Shown here piece by piece: positions 10,636 through 23,740 of a stretch of DNA of 64,000 nt. Where the stretch lies: contig NW_020845812.1 of the NCBI RefSeq assembly GCF_003704095.1, positions 1,054,001 through 1,118,000 of the forward strand, in the 5' to 3' direction. The DNA is from Pocillopora damicornis. Lineage: Eukaryota. The stretch's first letter is position 1, and each line of letters starts with the position of its first letter. Position numbers and translations under genes: made by a program. The notes under the pieces are model-generated. The model was not told the origin of the DNA and did not search any database. It saw nothing but the letters and a program-made list of their open reading frames with translations.

Positions 10636-13600
10636 TGTAGAAGAAAAAAGTTAGGTTTCCTCCATGTGTTTACTCACCGCTTCAGATATTAATTGAACCA
10701 GCGTAATAAGTAATGAGGAAGACTACCATGTCTACTTAACAAGCAAATGAAACTGAATTAATTTACCCGAGAGACAGGCTTTTCAATTCAAAGAAAACAA
10801 CTTGGTATCCTACATCAACTTGATAATTGAGACACCGTTATCACCAATAAAAAGATCACTAATAAATTAAATATTTTACGTATATTTCCTAATAGACACT
10901 GATGGTGTTCAGGAAATATATATATTTATTAACATTACCTGACAGCCGTATGAAAAATAGCCCTCTCCAACCCTTTAAATTACAATTAAGGTAAATAGAG
11001 CCTTGGTGAAGTATTGACATGGAAATTTGTACCATTTTGTCTCAAGTATGGCGGCTTTGGTTCAAATTTGAATGAAGCCTTTTTAACTGGAACACTGATT
11101 ACAGCGCAGCTGTTGATATTCCATATTATAGAAACCATCAGGATAACAGAACATTGACAAATGTTCATGTCACTTGTAAACTAATGTTGTATACCTCGGT
11201 TCCCTATTTTAGCTTCAAAATCATCCATTCTAACATGTTATTCATTTTCTTTTGTTTTTTGTTTTTGTACCGTTGCAGTAGCAGCAATCAAATATAGATA
11301 AGATAAGAGGTAACACGTGAGTCGAGGAACAATATTTGCAGTATATCACTGATTTATCTATGTGGACGGAAATGTGCTTGGGATTAAAGATTGAAAGGGG
11401 ACCGCTTATTGTGCTTGTAGTCGTCAAGGGACACTCTTGAAAAAAAAAAAGTATACCAAAAGAAACGAACTAATTACAACTGTACTGAACAAAGATGCAC
11501 CCAAGGCAATGCTTTAACACTAGTTAACACTTTTTTAATTTTACGCAAATGAGCCATAAAATAAACAAACAAAATAATGTATGAACATGTTCCATTACTC
11601 CATGCTTTGCACCAAACAAAGATAGTTAACGTAAATATTCGCCTTTGGTTCAAATCACCTCATCGTAATTTTATCACAAACTAAAGCGATCATTTCTAAC
11701 TTGAATTCAGTCCTGAAAATATGCGATAATTGGGCGTGGCAGCTGTTTTCACCTTGAATCAGACTTAATGCAGCATATGTGACGAATCTTGTTCGTTGCC
11801 ATGGAAGTTATGCACCTTTAAACGTTTGGAACACGTTTTTCACTCTCTGATACAGAGTGTAAAACATTTTTGATCAGGTGAAAATGAATTTCAGCTGCAC
11901 TTACCTTGCTTGTCTTATCTTTTAACCTTTTGAATTCTCTGATTACATCTCCTCTGTTCAGCAAATATGTTCAAGAGTGCAAAACGTTTTTGTCGTCAAT
12001 AATAACGGCAAGCCAAATTTCAGTTTCCTTTTCTTTTGTCTCTGTTTGATTGTAGTTATGTAATTTCATTCTTCGTCATTTTTGATGGTAAAGATGGCTG
12101 GATATAGAAAACTTTTCAGTATGCTGTTTTTATTATTATTATTATTTTCGTTTTTGTAGACCAAGAAAATATATTATTCAGTAAACACTCCATAAAAGAA
12201 CGAGTTCAAAAGACAGTCATCTGTGACGAACAATCTTTTTCAGTAAAAAAAAGTATCACACGCGTGTAGATTCAAGTGGTGGGTGTACTTTCAAGAAAGA
12301 GAGATTCCTTTCTATCTTCTTATCTTAGAAAAAAAAATTAAATATCATGAGATCATATACAACGCTTTAGACATACTAAATAACTGGAATTTGTGTAAAA
12401 CTGCTGTTTTTATTTCTCTGCTGTCAATAAAGCTGTGTGTTCAAGGCTACAAGTGATTTGCATTGTAGATTTATGACAAAAATATTGATAAGAACTCTTT
12501 TCAGAAAACAAGCGAGAACTCAAGTGAAAGCTACAGGTACATACGGAACTTCAATGCAAAAAAAAAAAATGATAAAAGTGATATCGATATATTATTCCTA
12601 AAAGAGACAAATAGTTAAATTCGCAAAGCTTGAGAATGTGTTCATGTTACCGTCCAAAATGGTTTCAATCTTGCAAGCTACAAAAGACTAAAAGATATAA
12701 AAGAATAATGATATAAATATTAATAATTATAATGATAATTTTACACGTGATGAAAATAACAGTTACGATAATGATGACGATAAAACTACTGATAATGGTA
12801 GTGGTAGTAATGATGATAAAAATTGAGCTATTTCTGACAGCTCGTCACGGTCAGCTATTTACTTCTTTCTCTCTACTCCGTGTAGGTCTGAAGGACTGAG
12901 TGATAAAGCTAAAATGCCAGTTTTTAAACCCAGTTTTATCGTAGATAGGAAAACATGTTATGAAAAGATCTACTGAGATGGCAACCGCGTGATTTAAACT
13001 TTTCTTTTAGGCGGCTTGAGAATAAATTTTATTCTTTTGTTTTCATCACAATGGCAAATTTTACCCAATAAGGTGTCAGAAGCATCGGAGGTTGAACAAA
13101 TTCAGAGTCATTCAGAATCAATTCTGTTAGCTTTTTTATTTAAATAAACCAGTGAACTCGAATTACTGACAGTCAACAAGATTTCTCCATTAAGCGCTCA
13201 CTGTACAACTAACAGAGGTTCATGTTTAATTAAACTAAAATAGATGTGAGGTTAGATTGTGATATCTTGTGATTGCATCGCCGTCAACGACCTACCCAGA
13301 GTTTGGTGAGGTCGGACGTTCATGCATCTTTTTAAAACACTTTATTCAATAAATTGCCCATAAATGAGCCACTTGGCGGGTGGAGGCTTAACAAGTCAAT
13401 CTGTTTAAATGCAAAAAGAAATAAGGCAGAAATGTGTCACATCTGAGCTGAAGTGCGAATAAGACAAAGAAAAAACATTAATAACGCTTCTGTCAAGCTT
13501 GAACAAACAAACGTAAATTTTATTTACAATAAACTAAAAGCTAAGCTTTCAAGTGAGAACAGTTCTTTTGGCTGAAGAAACTATAACCCTCCGGTTTATC

Positions 13601-13642
13601 GAGTTTTCTTGCTGAAATTCTTCCTGTAAATTTCTATCGAAG

Positions 13643-13738
13643 GTGAGGAAATTTACTCCTGAGCATAATCAGACGTGCTTTACATTATCTTTATTTCTCG
13701 GGAATGAGGATAAAAATAAATTTTTTTTGTTTTTGCAG
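13643..13738 (+). other. Probable 5'-UTR intron of GPCR copy 3
   Basis: AAG|GTGAGG donor and strong T-tract ttttttttgtttttgcag acceptor about 230 nt before the ATG. Confidence 0.45.
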
Positions 13739-13969
13739 GTGTTTTAACCGATGAATTAAAATTTATGTACTATTTAAAGTCTCTGAAGCCAATTAATATT
13801 TAAATTTGTGATTTTTAAAGAAAGGATATAGACTCGTGGCTTAAGGGCGTATCATATGATTGACTCTAGCACAAGGTAGCATAACGGCTGAACAAAAAAA
13901 TCCGTCCTCAACACGTTGACAAACTGCTTTTTTTGAGTGAGGAATAACCTTCAAATTCTGAAGGCTGTC

Positions 13970-14992
13970 ATGTCGTGGTACACATACAGTAGTCTGGCTG
14001 TCAGCCTCGTAGCTGTAACAGGGAATGGAGTCGTTGCTTGGTTGATCATAAGGCGATCTAGATTACACACCTTAACTAACTGGTTTATCCTCTCCTTGGT
14101 TGTGAGCGACCTAATGGTTGGCTTGAGCATAGCGCCAGCGAATATAGCGTGTAAGAGGTTAGGTACATGTGACATTTATCTCAAAGGTGCATTTGAGGAA
14201 CTTTTTCTGTACGAGTCTATTTATAACCTGTGCGCCATGACAGCTGATCGCTTTATCGCAATTGCCTACCCACTCAGATATCCATATTTAATGACTTACT
14301 GTTGCACTATGACGATTATTGCGCTCTCGTGGTTTTTACCCCTGTTCAATTTCTCCCTTCATTTTTGCTGGCTCTACGCTGAGCCTGAAACAAGAAAAGC
14401 CTGGTATCGCATTTTTACTATCACAGAAACGATTTTCATGGTGGCTGTTCCATGCATTTTGCTAACTGTTGCGAATGTGAAGATAATCCGAGTAGCACAG
14501 CTACAGTCAAAAAGAGCCACGGTTCAACTGCGTCAAGTAAACTTTAATAACAAGGAAACATTCTCAAGAAATCCTCCAAGAAAGGCTGTGTTTAAATACA
14601 GAAAATGGCACTCGAGGGTGTATACGGAGTCAGAAGAAAGATCCTCATCTAATAGTAAGCACCTTTCACGGCTGGAAATGAGAAGCAAAGAAGAATTTCG
14701 CCGAAGATTTCCGAGACGAAGGCTGCTGAGATCTTCCGTTAAAGTAACCGTTGCAGTCATAACGATCTTTCTTGGGTGTTGGACTTTGTCCTTGTATGCA
14801 TCATTGTGCAGTTATTTCGACTTGTGCAATCTATCGCCAGATTTGCTTGATATCTCTTGGCTGTTAATGTTGTTGAATCCTGCGATGAACCCCATCGTGT
14901 TCATCGCATTTAAGAGTGATCTAAGGGAAGAATTGAAAAGGAAAATGGCTACCTTGAAGAGCTCATACATCTTTAACAAAGAGACTCCTTGA
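13970..14992 (+). CDS. Orphan class A GPCR (family A, copy 3), 340 aa, long basic ICL3
   Basis: First ATG at 13970 (ORF track starts at GTG 13937); GN, NWFILSLVVSD, DRF, FLGCWT, NPIVF, KSDLREEL. Confidence 0.92.
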   Translation: MSWYTYSSLAVSLVAVTGNGVVAWLIIRRSRLHTLTNWFILSLVVSDLMVGLSIAPANIACKRLGTCDIYLKGAFEELFLYESIYNLCAMTADRFIAIAYPLRYPYLMTYCCTMTIIALSWFLPLFNFSLHFCWLYAEPETRKAWYRIFTITETIFMVAVPCILLTVANVKIIRVAQLQSKRATVQLRQVNFNNKETFSRNPPRKAVFKYRKWHSRVYTESEERSSSNSKHLSRLEMRSKEEFRRRFPRRRLLRSSVKVTVAVITIFLGCWTLSLYASLCSYFDLCNLSPDLLDISWLLMLLNPAMNPIVFIAFKSDLREELKRKMATLKSSYIFNKETP

Positions 14993-16579
14993 ATAACCAA
15001 GCGACTAAAGAATAAATTAATATCATAAATAATATAAAAAATGGTGACAACAAAAAAAAGTTGACGTTTGACTCAAGAGTCACATTGAATTTTAGCCATG
15101 AGTACAATAGATTGTACTATGAGTTGTGTCATTTTGTTTGGTGATCTAATGAATTATACAAACTGCAGCTTCAATGATTTATATTTCGTTAGAATGGATG
15201 CAAGGAGATGGTTTTATCAGACACAGCTTACTAGTGACGAAATTCTTTCTGGACACAATATTCAAGGACAAGGAATTTTAAAGAATAAAACACAAGGTGA
15301 AAAACAGAAACAAAATTGAAGAAAAACTTCAGTATCTGCTCAACTATCGTAGGCGCCGCTTCCTGAGAAGCTCTCCCAAATATTTGTACACTCGAGGACC
15401 TCAATGTCAGTGTAGACGATAGTTCTGTTTAAAAACCTTCGATAGTATTTACTGTTTGGGAGAATGGCTGCATTCACAGTAATTGGATAAAATCGAATTT
15501 TCATTTGCTTGACTGTCAAGGTACTCATCCACGCTCCTGACAGAGGTGAGAAAAAAATTAGTTATTACGTAACCTCCTCTAGCAACATCCGGGTGACTCA
15601 ATGGGGTTTAACCATCATTCGCCAACAGCCTGAAATTTAACCGTCAAAATGGATAAATTCTTACCGTCAACCACCAAAAAAGTACTTCTATACTAACCAT
15701 CAAACAGTTGAAAGGTCTTGCAGATCTCACTTTTTAAACCGATTGCTAAGAGCAGTTCTAAATATCGAAAAGTCTTAAGAATGGTAAAATATTCTCTTTT
15801 TTTTGTAATGTACTCATTGAACGGTTATTTGTAACGAGTATCGACAACATTTTGATATTTCATTAAAAATAGCTTATTTCATTTATTTATTAATTTATTT
15901 CTGACCACGCCACGCCGTGTCATTCCAGCCGTTCGACCACGTTGAGATCACGTCGAGCGTTTTAATAGCCGTCGTTATCATTTATCGTACAGTCGAAGAT
16001 AGAGCTGTCGAGCGATACAATACACGAGTTTCTATCGGGAAAAAGGCCAAAAATACAAAAGTAGTTATCATCAACATGTTATTGATCCGCTCGGTTTCAA
16101 CGACTTGATTACACAATCAGGCTTGAGTTAGGTTCATTGGGAAATTGCAGCACAGCAATTCAACAACAACTCGACTTAGTGCTACTAAAACTATTTACTA
16201 GAGGAGGAGACGTTGAATTAAACGGTGAGACGTGTTTTTGTACGGTGCTATTAAATTATAAGTATTAATTTATAGAACTACGAATTCAAATTTTTCATTT
16301 TACAAGCGTAGAATTCTTTAGCAAAGCGATCGCTTATGTTCGAGTTCTGTAAATTGCTCGTTGCTTTAATTTCGTTTGCGGTCGGAGGTCACAATAATCA
16401 GATCAAGGAAGTTCTGCCATTGATATTTGCGCCTCTAATACAGGGAGTAAGATATTGGTAGAAACCAATGATTAAAGGTCGTAGAGATACGCTTCACCTT
16501 ACTTCGTAAGAGAACGACTGAACAGGTCTGGATACAATTAAAAAATGCAAACAAGCTCTATTTTGAATTAAATTTAGAC

Positions 16580-16755
16580 TTGCCGTAAATGTTCCCTGAT
16601 AATTTATTTTTCGAAAACTACAATAAAAAAGATAGGTCTCCGTACCAATAATGAGATATGATGGGCCAATCTTACCCTATTTATGCCTGTACTGGTGTTA
16701 ATCAAGCACGTCATTTCATCGGTTCACATTACATTTTGAAGTTGCTGGGAGCAAA
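16580..16755 (+). repeat. Dispersed repeat, inverted homolog of ~25040-25200
   Basis: GAGATATGATGGGCCAATCTTACCCTATTTATGCCTGTACTGGT matches the reverse complement of ACCAGTACTGTCATAGATGGGGTAAGACTGGCCCATCATATCTC; similarity extends on both sides. Confidence 0.7.
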
Positions 16756-16893
16756 GGTTTTTAACATAAAAAAATCTTGATAGATAGAGAGTCTCGTGCC
16801 TATAAAACAATTTAAATGATGATTGTAAAAAAACCACGCATTTTTAAACGAAATCGAATCAAAACTTTCCTCGAGTCGTTGCTTTCAAGTTCA

Positions 16894-17951
16894 TTAGAAC
16901 GATTTAGCAAGAGGACGGGAACGTCATTTCAGAACGGGAAAGCGCGCGGATAGTCTGGACACAACTCTATTTCGACTTCAGGTGTTAGCGTTGCCTTTCT
17001 CCCCTACAAGTTCAGGACATTTTATCATGAATCAATTCATTAATAAATTTAACTTGCTTCATGTTGAAGTTTATCAAAATGAAATATCACGACGCTCACC
17101 TACTGTATTATTCAGTGTCATTTGTTGTTATTGTCGTTTTTACCGTGATTGAAAACTTTTCTGCGAATTGAAGTCAGAGATGAAAAAAAATTGAGAATAG
17201 CTCAGGTATGCACTTTTTAATGTTTGAAATTTTTGATCAGCGCCGATGAAATAAAATGACAATCAACTTGATTTCGGCACGGCTTTCTAAATCTATTAAT
17301 TTAATTCAGTCTTGAACGACTTCACTCGTTTAAAAAATTAAATCAAACAAAAACGAAAAAAAAATAAAACTGGAACGAAGTCTTACTCCTAAGTCTAACC
17401 GTTTCGTTTATGACTAGTTTGAGTTAATTTCATTCTTTCACATAGGAACTCATCGTAAACAACTCCATCGTTGGGTCGCCTGATTTCTACATGATTTCGC
17501 CATAATTCCGTTCAAAATGCTTTTCAACTCGAAGAATGTGGTGCTCAAAAGTTATGAAGAAAAACGAGTAGTGCTGAAATCTAGTAGCACAAATGAAATG
17601 ACAGCGACACAAATCATCGAAAAAAAACTATTTAGTGGGCTTCAAAATTTAATAGATGAATCAGCAGACTCGGGACTAAACTGAAATGGACTAGTTTAAA
17701 AGTTTAATCGCCCATGTGGATTCATAGTTAACAACTTACTTGCCGTATCTATAACTATCCTCTGTTTGCGCTCGTTATATAACTCTCAAAGAAGATAATT
17801 TCGTTGTCCTTAGATTGGTCTATAAAACCGAAAATTCAAAGGTGATGGTGATCTTTAAAAAGCCGAGGCGATGATTCTCGTTGCAACGACTGCTAAGTCA
17901 CTTTTCAACACAACACGACGGCGCCGTTCTGAAATGACGTTCCCGTCCTCT
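16894..17951. mobile_element. Non-autonomous DNA transposon/MITE (~1.05 kb)
   Basis: Perfect 28-bp inverted repeat AGAGGACGGGAACGTCATTTCAGAACGG (16910-16937) / 17924-17951; no transposase ORF inside. Confidence 0.75.
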
Positions 17952-18860
17952 ATTATTTGCATCCACAAGTATTGAGCTTCGTGCACGCTTTTAGCTATTT
18001 TTTCCCCTTCGATGATTGTTTTAAATTTCTCTAAATTAAAGGGGGATAATAAGTACACCAAAATAATGCACACAAAAAATATAAGTCACCGTGCTCGTTC
18101 AAGAACTCAAGATCATCGTACCTCTTAACCTAGTCCATTAAAAAACGATACCGTGGTCTCTGAATGCGCGCGCGCTTATTCGCCTGATTATGTGATTTTT
18201 TGCGCAGTTCAGGATGTGCAGTGCAGTATTTAGGAATCACCTTAAGCTGCAGAGTTTTCCTGGGAAGTATTGGATTTGCCTTATCAAGCTCCACAAGGCT
18301 TTTCGCTTTTTGATTTTCGGCAACGTTATTGCAGTGAATATAATATTTTCAAATTATATAAGGCAATTTTCGTCCTTTTATACCAAAGCGAAGTTTAAAT
18401 TGATTAAATTCACTGAGTGAGATGCGGTTTAATGCGAGCTGCAGCCAACAGTTTATATAAGCCTGAGATAAAGTGTAAAGCTACCTACTCACAAACAATT
18501 AGTGACTCGTTACTTGCCAAACGTCTGCAGGAGAACTTAAGAAGTTGCAAGTTAAAGACAGCTTTCTTGTCTCCTCATCCTCATATTGCCATTTATTACT
18601 CGATCAATTTTTAATCTTTCGTGTTTGGCTCGGGGAGTTAAAAGCAATCAGGAAAATTAATTCAGAAATGCCTAATTTCGGTAAAACTGAGGAACAATTT
18701 TAGATACAATTTTACAGTGTTGTATTGAAAGGATCACATCGACACCTTCCAAGAATTTGCTTTAATTGAATTTGAATATGATATGTCAATTTGAATTTTG
18801 ATGTGTTATTTCATATAAAAAATTCATTTTAGGTATTAACAACAAATCCTCTCTGTGTAG

Positions 18861-19843
18861 GTGAAGTGACTGAAACAACTTCCTATCAACAGAACTGAGT
18901 GGAAGCAACTGATGTTTGATATATCCTGCTTCTATTTTCGGCCTCGGCCTCGGCATCACAAAACTGATATTGACAAGGTGAGTCAGAACTGAGTATGTAT
19001 TGACAACTTCGCAAGGTGGTTTAAATATTTTGAATAGAGTTTGACTTTCACCTGGCATGCTTAACTAAGATAAATAGTTAATCTCCCTAGAATTCTGGCT
19101 TGTGGTGTGTTTGATATAAATGAAACAAAAAACAACAAAAACTGAGATGTCTTCACTGACTGAAGATCGCTAACATTAAGGAATGGTACTGGTTTTTTAC
19201 TGAGTTAACTGAGTTGTAGGTTAGTGGCTCGATTTACGTTGTATATCGCCATATGTAATCGAAACTGAATTATTAAAATTTAAACAAAACAACACAGAAA
19301 CAAACTGAACATAAGCTTCTAAGCCACGATCACGAAAGTCCAAGATGAGAACTCGTATATGCATACAAAATTATTTCCAGTAACCTTGTATTAATTAAGC
19401 CGCTGGCTGAATAGATGCGATTATCAATTCCATGCTTTTTTTCCCTTCAAACAATGAAGATAAACGTTGGTGATGAAAATTCATCAAGAGTCCTGCGAGG
19501 TGTCTGATCGATAGTGAAGGCCAATGGAACACTTACACAATTTTCAGCAAAATTTTTACCATATGGTAATTTTAGATAGTGGTTCATTTACTTAATTTGA
19601 AAATTTCTGAGTATATCCCATACATAACAGGCATGGGAAAGATTGCTTTCAACTCAGTGTACTGTACACAATGCTATTGAAATACCTGATTGGTTCCATT
19701 TTAGTATTTCAAGTTTTTTTTTTCAAATTTTATGTGTATCAGATTCTTCCCTCAATAAATAAATGAAGAATAATCCTACATTCTTTTTTATTCGTATTAA
19801 CGATGAAATTAATAGTATCTATTCATTTTGTTGTGTTTCGTAG
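18861..19843 (+). other. Probable non-coding 5'-UTR exon (18861-18977) and intron (18978-19843) of GPCR copy 4
   Basis: Acceptor ctctgtgtag at 18860, donor AAG|GTGAGT at 18978, acceptor ttttgttgtgtttcgtag at 19843, 31 nt before the ATG. Confidence 0.45.
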
Positions 19844-19874
19844 GAGATAAAGACTATCAAAAAAAATTGCATCC

Positions 19875-20789
19875 ATGTCAGCAACCAACACTATTGAGGG
19901 AAAGGGAGCCTTTTGGTACTGGATCCTAGTCTCTGTAATGGCCTTTGCAATAATATGTGGAAATTCCCTGGTCATATTTTTGATCGTTACACGCGCAAGA
20001 CTTCATGTGACGCCAAATTGGTTCGTGTTGTCGTTATCGATAGCTGATCTCTCTGTAGGACTGATTGTGGCACCATCATACATCGCTTACACGTTCTGGA
20101 TTGATGCCAATTTCGAAGTGCTCGTTATGTTCTACAACTTGCTTTTTTATGCTTCAGTCGGGAACCTCTGCGTCATGACTTTTGATCGTTACATTGCTAT
20201 CACAAGACCTCTTCGGTATCCGTCTGTAATGACAACTTCAATAGCACTGCGACTGATTGCCCTGGCGTGGGTTCTGCCCATGATGATAACGCTGATGCCT
20301 CTATGTTGGAAGGATCTCAAATGGAGTTCGCCAGCTGCGCAAGATGCACCCAACAGCACGTTTGATGGAGCAGAGCGGGCCAATCAAATATACTCAGGGA
20401 TAGTCCTGGTTTTATTTGAAATTCTCCCTTGCATTGTCATGCTTTTGACTTTTACTCATCTATATTTCGTTGTTAGAAACCAAAGTCGCCGAATAAAGGC
20501 TTTAGAAATAGCCATTCGCTTTAATTTGGACATCAGAACCCAGCGGAAGAGGAAGATTGAAAGATCAACTGTCAACGCGTTTTTCGCTGTAATAATTATG
20601 TTTGAGATATGTTGGGTGTTGTCGGCTTACAGGGCATTTTGCAGTTATTACAACGTCTGTGCAATTTCGCTACTTTTTGTCCAAACATCAAGGTTATTTC
20701 TCTTTTTCAATTCTGTTGTGAATTTCTTTGTATACGCCTTGCTGAAGAGTGATATTCGAGATGAGATAAAGCAGTTGATCAGATTTTGA
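19875..20789 (+). CDS. Orphan class A GPCR (family A, copy 4), 304 aa
   Basis: GN, NWFVLSLSIAD, DRY, FEILP, FEICWV, NFFVY, KSDIRDEI. Confidence 0.93.
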   Translation: MSATNTIEGKGAFWYWILVSVMAFAIICGNSLVIFLIVTRARLHVTPNWFVLSLSIADLSVGLIVAPSYIAYTFWIDANFEVLVMFYNLLFYASVGNLCVMTFDRYIAITRPLRYPSVMTTSIALRLIALAWVLPMMITLMPLCWKDLKWSSPAAQDAPNSTFDGAERANQIYSGIVLVLFEILPCIVMLLTFTHLYFVVRNQSRRIKALEIAIRFNLDIRTQRKRKIERSTVNAFFAVIIMFEICWVLSAYRAFCSYYNVCAISLLFVQTSRLFLFFNSVVNFFVYALLKSDIRDEIKQLIRF

Positions 20790-22750
20790 TCAAAGGTTTC
20801 AGTAGGAACAGTTACTATATAAAAGGAAAAGCAAAGAACACTTTTATCAAAGAAACCAAGTGTTTTCATCATGCGCCAGCGTGCGAAAAAGATGTTATCT
20901 AGCCTCTTGCACGAAATGTTTTAATTATCGTGAAATCATTTGGAGGCGGCGGTTGATTGCACCTACTTACGCCCAAAAGAAATTGGGCGGAGCTTGATCC
21001 AACAAACTTATACAGGTTCATTATTAATTTGATGATTGTAAAGCAGTATGTGCATATCGGTTTTGTTCGTACGTGACGGGGCTTTATTAGCTATGTATCT
21101 ATTAGTTCTTCCATTGTCACCTTAGTTCACTCCTAGCTCATTCTAGCTCATTAAACCCAGTTATTTCAGCATGAAGGTTGAAACATTTCTGTAAATTGAA
21201 AAACTTTTTGATCACTGACTTTAAGACAAGCAATCTTGAAGGAGAAAAAAAAATTGATTCCACACGTGAGTGCATTGTAAAATCTCTCCCATTATAAATG
21301 GGGTAATTAGCAAAACATGAAACAGCAAAAAACATTCATAGAAGTTTATTGCCGATTTTAATGTAAAAGCTATAACGAGTAAAATGTCAAGGACTCAAAG
21401 AAAGATTGACATACCAAATCCGTCTGTATTTTTTCCTAAAAAATTGTTTCCGATTGATCACGTTCAGCAGCTTAAACGCCCTTTTCTTGTCATAGAGAGT
21501 AGTCTTTGTACCGATAATAAAAAAAACAACAACAACAGCAACAAACAAAAAACAAAAACAAAAAACGAAAAAAAATTATATTTGTCTTCTTGCCAAGCAA
21601 AAAAAAAAATTCGCTCCATTCAGTCTGTTCAACGTAATTTGTTTAGCGAAGTTATCTCCCAAGTGACAGGCTGTCTCCTTTCATCATTGAGGGTGAAAAG
21701 AATTCGTTCAAGGTAACCGGAAAGTTTCGTGGGCTCCTCTTTCAAATGAAAAGAATCATATTAAGATATTCAAAAAGAATATGTGCGCATCTCACAATCT
21801 TGCTGCTTGCAACAAGAAGACTTAAGTTTGTGAGTATGCCTCAAAGCAATTTGCCTAGCCAAAAGCAAAAAAAGAGAATAAGAAAAAAAAAATTTGTTTC
21901 TGTGTCAATGCGTTTGACGTCTTGATTTTAAACACCAGGCGAATGACACGTTTTTGCTCCGTGACTGGCTTAGCTTATCCTACTATTTCCGTTAGCATAT
22001 GTATGCATATCGAGCACTGTCGTAGACCTCGCTTTGCAAACATCGGCTGAAAGACGAAATTATTGCTTTCTTCTGTGGCCTTTTCTTTGAACTCGATTAA
22101 TCCACTTTACTGTTTTTCATCATTTACGGTGCTGTCATACTCTTATTAGGAACATTTTAGCACGATAAAGCTTGTCAGCTTTGGTAGTTAATAACTGGAA
22201 ATGAGCATCAAGTGAACATTAGACAAAAGAAATGGGAAATTTAGCTGTTTTTGATTTATTAACGTGGATGCTTTTTCCCTTTATAACTTATATTTGTTAT
22301 TGAGCAATCTGAGTTCAAAGCGGCAAAGACGTATACAAAAGTAAACTTCAAAACTAAAATTACCTTATTTGCATGTTCTTCAGAAAATGTTGCGAGGGAA
22401 ACAGCTGCTCTTACTTCCGAGGCAATCTAAAGTTTGGAGATAAAAATTACATGCGTCAACAATTAATGCTAAAGACTGTCTGCCGAACCAATGAAAAGAT
22501 TGAAGCGCTATCTATAAGATCTTAATGTATAACTTTTGCGTGGTGGTGTTGATATAAAAATACACAGCCACGAGTCGTTAGGCATTAAAGTTCGCGTACT
22601 GTGCATCATAAGTGTACAGGTTATCACGGGCTTGTTAGATACCAGCACGCAGAGGCTTCTCTTGATCTTAAAACGTCTGGCGACGAAAAACCGATCCAAC
22701 TTTTTTCGGTTGTAAGAATTAAACTGAAGTGGTCACAAATTTTTAGTTTT

Positions 22751-23740
22751 ATGGATACAAGGAACGAATCTGTTAATGCAACGCAGACTTCACCCGCTAA
22801 AGGCTTAAAGAAAGATGAAGTTTGGTTTTGGATTATCTTGGGTTCTACTGGAGTGGTTGCCATCCTTGGTAATTCTATAGTCATATTCTTGATTACAACT
22901 CGTAGAAGGCTGCAAACAACCTCCAATAGCTTCATTCTGTCGCTCTCTTGTTCTGATTTGTTAATATCCATCACGACAATACCGGGAGCTTTCATTTGTG
23001 ATCGTTTTGGAGTACAGTGCTCTCTCGTATTCTGGAACTTCTGCAATTACTTTCTTTGTGCCTCGGTAGTGAATGTTTGCGCGATGGCAGGAGATAGATT
23101 TTGTCGAGTGGTTTTTCCTTTGCGCTATCCCGTCTTAATGTCTCCTAAACGAGTGACATTAACCATTTGTATAGGATGGACGCTGCCCATATTTCTTTAC
23201 CTCATACCATCGCTTTGCATTACACTGATCTCAACTACCGAAGCCAAAGACGCCGAAAGGATTTTCAGAGTTATACAAATATTTACGTTCGCCGTTTTAC
23301 CTTGTGCTGGGCTTTTACTTGCCTTCGCCAAAATATCACGCATTACCCTAAAGCATTCAAAACGTCATCGAGTTCAAGTGGAGCAAATCACTAGCAACTC
23401 GGCAATTCCCCAGCGAAATGTTAGACAAAGCAATCGAAAGTCTTATTCCGTTCTGGTTCTCGGCGCAGTAATTTTCTTCTTCGTGTTATGCTGGTCTTTC
23501 ACTATCTACAGAGGCCTTTGCAACAGCTTCTCCTTGTGCCATGTACCGCTCACAATGGTGTACGCTTCAAGGATTTTTTTGGTGGGCAATACCGCAGCTG
23601 ATCCAATGGTATATGCTATTCTTAAACAAGATATCAGAAGGGAGCTCAATCTCACGTTTGCCTTCATTAAAGGGAACAATTTGCAAGTGCAAGAACTGAG
23701 GACGGAAACCCGATTTGCTGGACAGTCGTTGTATTACTAA
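22751..23740 (+). CDS. Orphan class A GPCR (family A, copy 5), 329 aa
   Basis: First ATG at 22751 (MDTRNES; track starts at GTG 22601); GN, LSCSD, DRF, FVLCWS, DPMVY, KQDIRREL. Confidence 0.92.
   Translation: MDTRNESVNATQTSPAKGLKKDEVWFWIILGSTGVVAILGNSIVIFLITTRRRLQTTSNSFILSLSCSDLLISITTIPGAFICDRFGVQCSLVFWNFCNYFLCASVVNVCAMAGDRFCRVVFPLRYPVLMSPKRVTLTICIGWTLPIFLYLIPSLCITLISTTEAKDAERIFRVIQIFTFAVLPCAGLLLAFAKISRITLKHSKRHRVQVEQITSNSAIPQRNVRQSNRKSYSVLVLGAVIFFFVLCWSFTIYRGLCNSFSLCHVPLTMVYASRIFLVGNTAADPMVYAILKQDIRRELNLTFAFIKGNNLQVQELRTETRFAGQSLYY

Noticed and set aside
15340-15545. Strong minus-strand splice acceptor followed by a short ORF
   Set aside because: No recognisable protein and no partner exon identified; at most a non-coding exon
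22601-22750. N-terminal extensions of GPCR ORFs from GTG starts (also 13937, 32918, 44846)
   Set aside because: Artefacts of allowing alternative start codons; downstream ATGs align with paralogs
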